From Desulfosudaceae bacterium (GTDB taxonomy: Bacteria > Desulfobacterota > Desulfobacteria > Desulfobacterales > Desulfosudaceae), in assembly GCA_963674745.2 (NCBI GenBank), contig CAXXDV010000003.1:352001-416000 (forward strand): a DNA stretch of 64,000 nt, read 5' to 3'. A program made the position numbers and the translations under genes. A model generated the notes under the pieces. That model did no database searches and was not told where the DNA came from. It saw only the letters and a list, made by a program, of their open reading frames with translations. Of the stretch, positions 28,691 to 37,077 are shown piece after piece (the first letter of the stretch is position 1; each line of letters opens with the position of its first letter).

Positions 28691-28706
28691 TTGACTTAGC
28701 GGTCTA
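28691..28706. promoter_or_regulatory. Palindromic operator TTGAC-N6-GTCTA overlapping the -35 of the ferredoxin-thiolase-ligase operon
   Basis: TTGACTTAGCGGTCTA; matches the 27407 site in the opposite orientation. Confidence 0.55.
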
Positions 28707-28823
28707 CTATGTATAAGTATATAACCATGATTAGACGCGATTATATCAAGTGCCGTTATCCGTTGAGCAGACCGATCAGGCGTTACGGATATAATGATCG
28801 ATCGATTGATTTAAGGAGGGGTT

Positions 28824-29666
28824 ATGTGTTTGACCTGCGGTGAACATAATGCCGAAAAACTATGGTATCTGGACAAGGAAAAACATCGTATCCGGTCACT
28901 GGGTGTGTTCCGGGACATGGTCAGCAGGCGGTTGAATCCGCTGATCGCTGTCGGTCTGAATCTTATCCGGGCCAAGCAGCCGGATTACGCCGGCAGGCGA
29001 ATGCCTTTTGTCAGCCGGGAGTTGTTGAACTTTTTTGCCAAAACGCTTCATGGAATGCAATTTCTGCCGGACAGGGAGTCGGCGTTTAATATTATCGACA
29101 TGTCCAACGAGCTGGCCCTGACGCCCTGCCTCTGTCACCAGGTGATGGACAGGCACAAGGGGGAAGCACCCATTTACCGGTGCATTGCCATGAATATTGC
29201 GGCGGACATCTGGTTTAAAGATACCTCGAACCTGGATGTAAAACCCGTCACCAAGCAGGAAGCCAAGGACCTGGTGGCCAAATGGCGTTCACGAGGGGCC
29301 TGGCAGAGCGTCGGCTGGCTGTGGGATGCCAATGTGATCTGGGTCTGCAACTGCGACTGGCGGTGTGCCACCTATCGGGCCCCGGAAGCAAGATGGGGCG
29401 GGATTCCCAGCTTTGTGACGGCAACGGCCGCCAATCGAACCGCCTGCATCGGCTGTCGGGAATGCGCCAAGTGGTGTGCCCATGACGGTATTTCTTTCGC
29501 GGAAGACGGCAAAGTCGTGGTCAACCAGGGTAAATGCCGGGGCTGTGGGTTGTGCGTGGAGCATTGTCCCACAAGGACGCTCGGCTTTGAACCCCGGCAG
29601 GAATATTACGACGTACGCACCAAATCAGTCAAACGGTTGAGTAATCAGAAAGTGAATGTGACTTAA
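28824..29666 (+). CDS. 4Fe-4S binding protein
   Basis: N-terminal MCLTC..H, central CLC/CNC, C-terminal CIGCRECAKWC and CRGCGLCVEHCP. Confidence 0.85.
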   Translation: MCLTCGEHNAEKLWYLDKEKHRIRSLGVFRDMVSRRLNPLIAVGLNLIRAKQPDYAGRRMPFVSRELLNFFAKTLHGMQFLPDRESAFNIIDMSNELALTPCLCHQVMDRHKGEAPIYRCIAMNIAADIWFKDTSNLDVKPVTKQEAKDLVAKWRSRGAWQSVGWLWDANVIWVCNCDWRCATYRAPEARWGGIPSFVTATAANRTACIGCRECAKWCAHDGISFAEDGKVVVNQGKCRGCGLCVEHCPTRTLGFEPRQEYYDVRTKSVKRLSNQKVNVT

Positions 29667-29691
29667 TAAAATAATTCTGGGAGGAGTGCTA

Positions 29692-30915
29692 ATGCGGGAA
29701 GTTGCGGTAGTCGGTGCCGGCATGACCCGGTTCGGGAAGTTTGCGGATAAAGGGATAAAGGACCTGGTGGCCGAAGCGGTCAATGCGGCGGTTGAGGATG
29801 CCGGCATTGAATTTACGGATATCGAGGCCGCTTATGTCGGCTCGGCGGTGCCCGGTGTTATGACCGGTCAGGAGCAGATAAAAGCCCAGGTTTGCCTGAG
29901 CGCCATGGGGATTGACACCATTCCCATGTATAACGTGGAGAACGCCTGCGCCAGTTCATCCTCGGCACTTAACCTGGCCTGGACTGCCGTAGGCGCCGGT
30001 CAGTTTGATTGTGCCCTGGTGGTGGGGTTTGAAAAGCTGTATGACGAGAATAAGCTGAAATCGTTTATGGCGTTGGGGACGGCCGTTGATATCCAGATGG
30101 TGGAAAAGTTCCTGGCCGATTTCCAGAAAAGGCAGCAGTCCGATGAACAGATTTTGAGCGAAGGCAGCGGGAAAAGCAAAAGTATCTTCATGGATATGTA
30201 TGCTTATTATACGCGACAGTACATGAAGCGGTACGGACTGACCCAGGAACATTTCGCCAAACTGGCGGTAAAAAGCCATAAAAACGGGGCCAACAACCCC
30301 CATGCCATGTACCAGAAAGAAGTAACCCTGGAGGATGTGATCAATTCCGGAGAGGTGGCCTTTCCGCTGACGCGGATGATGTGTTCACCGATCAGCGACG
30401 GTGGCGCGGCTGTTATCGTGTGTTCTGCCGACAAGGCCAGACAGTTTACCGACAAACCGGTCTGGATCGCGTCATCGGTCGTGGGCAGCGGCAAAATCTG
30501 TGACGATCTGTCCGATACCCTGACCCGGCGCCTGGGCCCCAAAGCTTTTGAACGGGCGGGTATCAGTCCGGGTGACTTGGACGTGATCGAAGTCCATGAC
30601 GCCACTTCTCCGTCGGAAATTATTACCCTGATTGAACTGGGCGTCTGCCCGGGTGAAGAGGCGCCCCAATGGATCGATGAGGGGAAACTGGAAGTAGACG
30701 GTACCATTGCCTCGAACCCTTCCGGCGGGCTGGCCGCCAAAGGCCATCCCATTGGCGCCACCGGCCTGGGGCAGGTCAACGAGATCGTTCATCAACTTCA
30801 GGGCAAATGCGGAAAGCGACAGGTCAAAGACGCCAAAATCGGCATGACACATAATGGCGGCGGTATTCTGGGTGTTGACGCGGCGGCCATGGCGCTGCAT
30901 GTTTTTAAACGCTGA
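29692..30915 (+). CDS. Thiolase family protein (SCP2/non-canonical type)
   Basis: VAVVGAGMTRFGK, VENACAS, CSPISDG, EVHDAT, NPSGGL.AKGHPIGATG. Confidence 0.92.
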   Translation: MREVAVVGAGMTRFGKFADKGIKDLVAEAVNAAVEDAGIEFTDIEAAYVGSAVPGVMTGQEQIKAQVCLSAMGIDTIPMYNVENACASSSSALNLAWTAVGAGQFDCALVVGFEKLYDENKLKSFMALGTAVDIQMVEKFLADFQKRQQSDEQILSEGSGKSKSIFMDMYAYYTRQYMKRYGLTQEHFAKLAVKSHKNGANNPHAMYQKEVTLEDVINSGEVAFPLTRMMCSPISDGGAAVIVCSADKARQFTDKPVWIASSVVGSGKICDDLSDTLTRRLGPKAFERAGISPGDLDVIEVHDATSPSEIITLIELGVCPGEEAPQWIDEGKLEVDGTIASNPSGGLAAKGHPIGATGLGQVNEIVHQLQGKCGKRQVKDAKIGMTHNGGGILGVDAAAMALHVFKR

Positions 30916-30945
30916 TATGGTCGGAACGGTTATGATGAGATTTTA

Positions 30946-32328
30946 ATGAAGATGGGGGAAATAATGGAGAATACGGACAGAACATACTGGAATATGGAAG
31001 TCGAGCCCAAACTGAATACAGAAGAAATGCGGGCCCTGCAACTGGAAAAACTGATTAAAGCCTTGCACTGGCAGTACGAACATACCCCGTTTAACCGGCA
31101 ACGGTTTGATCAGGCCGGTGTTAAACCGGACGACATCCGTTCATTTGAAGATTTTGCCCGGGCCATTCCGCCGGCCGGTCAGGCGGAAGTCCGTGAAGCC
31201 ATCAGCGAGATCGGCTTTGACATGGATAAGTTGATGCGGCATATTTTCGGTGACCAGCGCGTGGATGACCTGTACCTGTTGACCACCACTTCCGGTACGA
31301 CCGGCATCCCTACACCGTATCCCAATTTTAACGCCGCCATTACCGACGCCCAGGAGATCATGTGCCGGGCGGCCTGGCGGATGGGGTTCCGTCCGGGCGA
31401 CCGCATGGCCATTTGTTTCGGGTTGTCCATGCACGCGGCCGGTACGCCCCAGATCCTGTGGTTCAAGAATTTTCCGGGGCTGACCCTGGTTCCCATCGGG
31501 GCTGAAGCCGGGACCGAAAAAATTTTGCAATTCATGCAGTTGTTCAAGGTGAATATTTTCGCCGGGACCCCCTCGCTGGCCCTTCATCTTATCGAGCGGG
31601 CTCCGGAAGTGCTCAACGCGCCGGTTAAATCACTGGGCATAAAAATTCTCATGCTGGGCGCAGAGCCGGGCGCGGGTATACCCGAGGTCAGGCAGAAACT
31701 GGAGTCCGAATACGGGGCCCAGGTATTTGATGCCGGCGCCGGCTACGGGGTCTCCTGCGACCACCCGATCTACCAGGGCATGCACTGGATTGCCGACGAC
31801 TACGCCTATTACGAACTGATCGATCCGGAAACCAAAGAAACCGTTCCACTGGAAAACGGGGCCACCGGTATCATGGCCGGTACCTCGCTTAATCCGCCGG
31901 GTGCTGTCTGGTTTGATATGCGTTTTACCATGATGGATATTCACCAGGTGTTTACCGATCCCTGCCCCTGCGGTCGCAGCGGATTCCGATACAAGGTGGT
32001 CGGTCGGGCCGACGATATGCTGAAGGTCAAGGGCGTGCCGGTTTATCCCGCGGCCATCGAAGGCGTCATTCATTCCTTCCCGGATAAACTGACCGGTTCT
32101 TTCCGGATCATTTTAGATGAGCCGCCTCCCAGAGTGGTCCCGCCGCTCAAGCTTAAAATCGAGCATGCGGATACTGTCAGAGAAGAAGATCTGCCGGCCA
32201 TTGAAAAAGAAGTGTCCGACAAGATGCACTCCCTGCTCAAGATCCGACCGGCCATCACCTGGCTGGCGCCCGGAACCCTTGATCGGGCCACCAAGAAGAC
32301 GCAGCTTCTGGAAAAAACATTCGAGTAA
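30946..32328 (+). CDS. Phenylacetate-CoA ligase family (acyl/aryl-CoA ligase)
   Basis: TTSGTTGIP, GAEPG, DPCPCGRS, GRADDMLKVKGV; start may be 30964. Confidence 0.88.
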   Translation: MKMGEIMENTDRTYWNMEVEPKLNTEEMRALQLEKLIKALHWQYEHTPFNRQRFDQAGVKPDDIRSFEDFARAIPPAGQAEVREAISEIGFDMDKLMRHIFGDQRVDDLYLLTTTSGTTGIPTPYPNFNAAITDAQEIMCRAAWRMGFRPGDRMAICFGLSMHAAGTPQILWFKNFPGLTLVPIGAEAGTEKILQFMQLFKVNIFAGTPSLALHLIERAPEVLNAPVKSLGIKILMLGAEPGAGIPEVRQKLESEYGAQVFDAGAGYGVSCDHPIYQGMHWIADDYAYYELIDPETKETVPLENGATGIMAGTSLNPPGAVWFDMRFTMMDIHQVFTDPCPCGRSGFRYKVVGRADDMLKVKGVPVYPAAIEGVIHSFPDKLTGSFRIILDEPPPRVVPPLKLKIEHADTVREEDLPAIEKEVSDKMHSLLKIRPAITWLAPGTLDRATKKTQLLEKTFE

Positions 32329-32336
32329 TTTCTTTA

Positions 32337-32400
32337 AAGGGTTCGAGGATTCAAGGGCTCAAGGATTCAAGTGAAAGACGACTTGAACTCTTGAGCCCTT
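32337..32400. repeat. Inverted octamer tandem-repeat hairpin
   Basis: GGGTTCGA-GGATTCAA-GGGCTCAA-GGATTCAA facing TTGAACTC-TTGAGCCC. Confidence 0.65.
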
Positions 32401-32678
32401 TATCTTTTTTTGCCGTTGACCGGATCATCTTGAGCACACCTGTTGTTTTGCCGTGCCCCTACATAAATTCGCATCCCGCGAATTTATCCCTGCCCCCCTT
32501 TGGGCTCTGCTTCACATCCGGTATGTTTGTTTTCAGGTCACATTCACAAAAAAAAGATCATCTCATGTATGCCTGAAGGTCATTATATGAATATGTAAAA
32601 CCTATTCTTCTATTCTTCTATTCTTCTGTAATTCTCGAATCTTTTTTAAAAACAAATAGTTGTTCTTTCCGGTCGGTT

Positions 32679-32693
32679 CGGCACGCTTATTGA
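32679..32693 (+). promoter_or_regulatory. Possible sigma-54 promoter
   Basis: CGGCACGCTTATTGA (GG-N10-GA, -12 box imperfect), preceded by IHF-like AAACAAATAGTTG. Confidence 0.4.
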
Positions 32694-32749
32694 TTTATGC
32701 TTTGAACAGTATCGGTTTGACACCTAACAAATCATAAGGAGGCCGAACA

Positions 32750-34858
32750 ATGAAACTTTTCAAAATGATTCAAAAAGGCATGAAACGGGTGCCCAAGGTT
32801 GCGGTGGCCGCGATTATGCTGGCGGCCATGATGGCGACGCTGCCAAAGGCGGAGGCTGCAGGACTTTTGATCGCCGACGGTGGATTTGGCGGTGTACTTG
32901 AAATCAAAGAGCATGATGTTGATGTCACCATTAACAACGGCATCGCGGTGACGGATGTGACCCAGGTGTTTTTGAATACCGAGAACCGGCAGGTGGAAGC
33001 CCTCTATACGTTCCCGGTGCCCAAAGGCGCTTCGGTGGCGAATTTCAGCATGTGGATCAACGGCAAGGAGATGATCGGAGAAGTGGTCGAGAAGGAGCGA
33101 GCCCGCGAAATTTACAACAGTTATAAAAGAAAACGGCAGGACCCGGGACTCCTGGAGCAGGTGGATTACAAGACCTTTGAGATGCGGGTGTTTCCCATCA
33201 ACGCCAACGCGGAACAAAAGGTGCGCATCACTTATTACCAGGAACTGAACATCGATCATGACCGGGGCACTTATGTGTACCCCCTGGCGACCGTTACCCG
33301 GAAAGGAATTGATTCTAACACCACGGGTAAGTTCGCCATCAACGTGGAAGTAAAATCCGCCATACCGCTGGTAAGCGTAAACAGCCCCAGTCATGGGGAT
33401 GCTTTTGTGGTGGCCAATCATTCCGAAGAATATGCCGCGGCCAGTCTGGAGAGCAACGGCGGCAGCCTGGCATCGGACGTGGTCATCAATTATGATATTG
33501 CCCGGCCGAACAGCGGTATTGACATGATCGCTTCCAAAAAAATGGCCGAAGACGGTTATTTCTGTATGGCCATCACAGCCGGCAAAGAACTGGCACAAAA
33601 GGAAACCGGCATGGATTATATCTTCGTTCTTGATGTGTCAGGCAGTATGGCCAATGACGGCAAGCTCATTGTTTCCAAAAACGCGCTCGATGCCTTTTCC
33701 AACGAGATCAATGAAAACGACCGTTTTGAAGTCATGACCTTCAATGTCACGCCCCAGGTGTTGTTCGGTGAACTGAAACCCGGCATCGAAGCAGCCAAAG
33801 CCGAAGCGCGGGATTTTATGGCGACCCAGAAGGCCCGCGGCCGCACGGAACTGGTACCGGCCATGACGACCGCCTACAAATACGGTGATGCCGACCGCAC
33901 CCTGAACGTGGTGATTTTAAGTGATGGCATGACCGAACAGGGTGAAAGACAGACCCTGCTGCAGATGATCCAGTCACGTCCCCGAAACGCCCGGGTGTTT
34001 TGTGTCGGTATCGGAAATGAAGTCAACCGCCCGTTGCTGGAACAGATGGCTGAAGACTCAGGTGGTCTGGCGGCGTTTATTTCCCGGGGGGATGACTTCA
34101 AACAGGCGGCCAGGGGGTTTAAAAGAAAACTCATGCGGCCGGTGGCAACCGATCTTTCGATCGATTTCGGTGGTCTGAATGTATATGATGTTGAACCCCG
34201 GGTGCTGCCGAATCTTTTCCACGGGTCCCCGATTCGGATTTACGGCCGTTACAGCGGCGGCGGGGATGTTGATGTTACGCTGGCCGGCAATATCCAGGGG
34301 GTTGACATGAAACAGACGGCGATCATGTCTTTCCCTCAAAAGGATGACCGGAATCCCGAAATCGAACGCATGTGGGCCTGGAAACGCGTTGACCGACTGC
34401 TGAAAAACGCGGACCGGACCGGTGACCGGGGGCAGGTTCTGGATGAAATCATTGCCCTGGGTGAAGAATATTCCATTGTCACCGAATATACCTCGTTCCT
34501 GGTGCTGGAGAATGATGCCGAATACAAGCGGTGGAAAATCGAACGGCGTAATTCGGATCGTATTGCACGAGACCGTGACGCTCAAACCAAAAGAAAAGAG
34601 CAGATGGACATAATCCGGAAGAAAGCCATGGCCAATATCGGTCCGCAGGATATGGTCAAAACGGTTAAGACCGTTGAAAAACCGAACCGCCAGGCTCAAC
34701 CGGCAACCTCCGGACAGCAGCCGCAAACCCGGCCGACCTCCTCCTCCAGGAGAAGTCGGGGTGTGGATTTCAACTTCGGCGGCGGGCCGGTAGGGCCCCT
34801 GTCCGCAGGCCTGATTCTCTGGCTGAGACGACGTCAGATGAGAATCCGTAAAAAATAA
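32750..34858 (+). CDS. VIT + vWA domain protein with GlyGly-CTERM-like sorting signal
   Basis: Signal peptide; VIT (VTQVF.N...EALYTFPVP...GLLEQ); vWA MIDAS DVSGS and LSDG; C-terminus FGGGPVGPLSAGLILWLRRR. Confidence 0.88.
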   Translation: MKLFKMIQKGMKRVPKVAVAAIMLAAMMATLPKAEAAGLLIADGGFGGVLEIKEHDVDVTINNGIAVTDVTQVFLNTENRQVEALYTFPVPKGASVANFSMWINGKEMIGEVVEKERAREIYNSYKRKRQDPGLLEQVDYKTFEMRVFPINANAEQKVRITYYQELNIDHDRGTYVYPLATVTRKGIDSNTTGKFAINVEVKSAIPLVSVNSPSHGDAFVVANHSEEYAAASLESNGGSLASDVVINYDIARPNSGIDMIASKKMAEDGYFCMAITAGKELAQKETGMDYIFVLDVSGSMANDGKLIVSKNALDAFSNEINENDRFEVMTFNVTPQVLFGELKPGIEAAKAEARDFMATQKARGRTELVPAMTTAYKYGDADRTLNVVILSDGMTEQGERQTLLQMIQSRPRNARVFCVGIGNEVNRPLLEQMAEDSGGLAAFISRGDDFKQAARGFKRKLMRPVATDLSIDFGGLNVYDVEPRVLPNLFHGSPIRIYGRYSGGGDVDVTLAGNIQGVDMKQTAIMSFPQKDDRNPEIERMWAWKRVDRLLKNADRTGDRGQVLDEIIALGEEYSIVTEYTSFLVLENDAEYKRWKIERRNSDRIARDRDAQTKRKEQMDIIRKKAMANIGPQDMVKTVKTVEKPNRQAQPATSGQQPQTRPTSSSRRSRGVDFNFGGGPVGPLSAGLILWLRRRQMRIRKK

Positions 34859-34921
34859 CATTTAAACCCTGCCGGGGCATTTTAACAGAATGCCCCGGCT
34901 TTTATACACCGGGATAATCAA

Positions 34922-35614
34922 ATGAACGTCTTTTTTATTTACCAGAATTTTGAAAAAATGATCGAGCAATCCGGACGTCTTCTGGCGAAAACCAGATTTT
35001 CTGGCCTGTCCCTGGATATGGTTTTTCTGTTGATAATGATCGGATTCTGTAATTTTCATCTCCTTACCGGTGACTCCTGCCGGAATTTGATATTCAGGTT
35101 TGATGATGTGGTTGCCGGAGATGTTTATCGCCTGCTGACGCACCCTTTTGTGCATGTCTCCTGGTATCATTTTCTGCTCGATGCCGGGGCGTTTCTTCTT
35201 TTATACACGGGCCTTAATGAAAAGCGGGCATCGAAAAAACTGTTGACGGTGTGTATCTGCGGCGGCACCGGCCTGCTGGCGCCCCTGCTGTTTGCCCCTG
35301 ACATATACGCCCAGGGCCTGTGCGGCCTTTCCGGAATCGCCCATGGCCTGATGGCTTATTCCGGGCTGGAGATGATGAGGGAAAAAACCACCGAGAAGGC
35401 CGGCCTCGTCTGCCTGACGATGGTGGTGGCAAAATCAATATATGAGGGCGTGACGGGAACGGTGTTTTTCTCTTTTTTATTGTTTGGCCTGTGTGGTATC
35501 CCCATTGCCGTTTGTCACCTGGGTGGGGTGCTGGGCGGCATCATTTCGTTTCTGGTGTTTGGCATGAAAAAAAGCGATGTTCATGACAATAAATGGAATA
35601 TCGGTTTAGTTTGA
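34922..35614 (+). CDS. rrtA: Rhombosortase (rhomboid family intramembrane protease)
   Basis: YRLLTHPFVH..WYH, GLSGIAHG catalytic Ser, CHLGG catalytic His; adjacent to a GlyGly-CTERM-like target. Confidence 0.8.
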   Translation: MNVFFIYQNFEKMIEQSGRLLAKTRFSGLSLDMVFLLIMIGFCNFHLLTGDSCRNLIFRFDDVVAGDVYRLLTHPFVHVSWYHFLLDAGAFLLLYTGLNEKRASKKLLTVCICGGTGLLAPLLFAPDIYAQGLCGLSGIAHGLMAYSGLEMMREKTTEKAGLVCLTMVVAKSIYEGVTGTVFFSFLLFGLCGIPIAVCHLGGVLGGIISFLVFGMKKSDVHDNKWNIGLV

Positions 35615-35645
35615 CAAATATCCGCTCTGTTGTTAAAGAAAAATT

Positions 35646-35793
35646 TAAGGACACCTCGAAAAATTGTCTTTTGGCCCGATGTCGGCGTTGTGCTCGAATT
35701 TTAATCCTCGAAATACCGTTATGTATACCGCCGGTTAAAATTTTCACACGCCTTGACCTCAAACCAAACTTTTGATTTTTTGGGATACCCTTA
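35646..35793. mobile_element. MITE-like element, about 148 bp
   Basis: Imperfect terminal inverted repeats TAAGGACACCTCGAAAAAT / ATTTTTTGGGATACCCTTA, with internal GGCGT...ACGCC and ATTTTAA...TTAAAAT pairing; related ends near 6030 and 27336. Confidence 0.6.
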
Positions 35794-35821
35794 TATATTT
35801 TTTTTAACAAGGAGGGGGGAT

Positions 35822-36301
35822 ATGGAAAGTCAAACTGCACTTAAACTGTTTGTCATCATTGGGGTTGCCGGCCTGTTGTTGCTGGGTAACGGCATTGTCT
35901 CCACCGACATCGGAAACCTTTTTTCCGGCGTTGCGTTTTGCCAGCCGGAGGAAGAGGAAGAACCCGTTCAAGCCCGCCCGCGGCCGGACGTCATGCCGTA
36001 TCAAGGTCAGCAGGGGCCTTTGGGTGCCCGAATCATCGGCGACTCGGGCAAGCCAAAGATGATTGGTGACACGGGTAAGCCGACCGCCGCGCCGGCCCCA
36101 ATCCCGATGCCGCCTCAACCGGATCCGGAGGACTCTCGTACCGGGATCATCGGTGACACGGGTAAGCCAAGTGCCAAGGATGATGGCAATCATGGTGATG
36201 GTATGACCACCATGCAACCTGCTCTGGGCACGCAAACCATGCAGCCTGCCACGCCTCAACACAATCCCAACTGGAAAGAGAATACATCGATTCCGCGCTG
36301 A
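35822..36301 (+). CDS. Secreted low-complexity protein with IGD(S/T)GKP repeats
   Basis: RBS AGGAGG, hydrophobic N-terminus, 3x IGD[ST]GKP, 2x TMQPA, Pro-rich. Confidence 0.7.
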   Translation: MESQTALKLFVIIGVAGLLLLGNGIVSTDIGNLFSGVAFCQPEEEEEPVQARPRPDVMPYQGQQGPLGARIIGDSGKPKMIGDTGKPTAAPAPIPMPPQPDPEDSRTGIIGDTGKPSAKDDGNHGDGMTTMQPALGTQTMQPATPQHNPNWKENTSIPR

Positions 36302-36895
36302 TGCATTCTTTCCGGTTGAGCATAGCGATCCTTGCCGGGTTGCTTGCCGTCTTTTTTCTGGCCGGCGGCACCTGTTGGGGCAATAGTGCGTTTAATGAGG
36401 GCCGGTTAAAGCCCCTGCTTTCAAAGAAGCCGGGGCAGACCGTGATCACCGCTGTCGGTGATCTGATTTTCAGGCGCAGAATTTCCCAATTGGATCAGCC
36501 GGACCGTGCGGGTCTTTACAGAATCCTGCAGGCGTCCGATATCACCTACGGCAACCTGGAAATGTCTTTGAATTCAAAGCCGGACACGGGTGTCTATACT
36601 TTAGTCACTGGCGCCGGACAGGCAACTGGTCGTTCCCGGAAAGGAAGGTTTTTTTGAAGCCCTGGAAAAAGGCGATTTTTCTTTTACCAAAAAGACCGTC
36701 CAGGATACCGGCGCCCAGGCAGCCTATCACACCGATGTTTATTTAAGCCCCGGCCATGAGGAAGAAGGACAGCGGGCGCTGTTCGTTTATGAGGTCATAT
36801 ATATTCACGGGTTGCTGACCAATGCCTTAACATCACGTCAATATGGGAAGGGGCTGGATTGCCTGACCTCGGAAATCCGCCACCCGGCTCAATAA
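36301..36895 (+). pseudogene. Truncated CapA/metallophosphoesterase N-terminus joined to another gene fragment
   Basis: Signal peptide, ITAVGDLI and ITYGNLE motifs, then loss of similarity; a start-less frame (..VPGKEGFFEALEKGDF..) continues to TAA near 36894. Confidence 0.55.
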
Positions 36896-37077
36896 GCCGG
36901 TGAACCGCAGGTGTTTTCAAACAACATTACGGGGCGAGGACTGTTTAAAACAAAACAGTTTCATTTTATTGTTTTATGTGCATAAAAAAAGTGGGGGGAT
37001 GAAACGGGAAAGCATATTGCCAGGTGTTGCTTTTCTGAAAAAATGCCTTCACTGCAAACGCAACTTAAACGAGAGAT

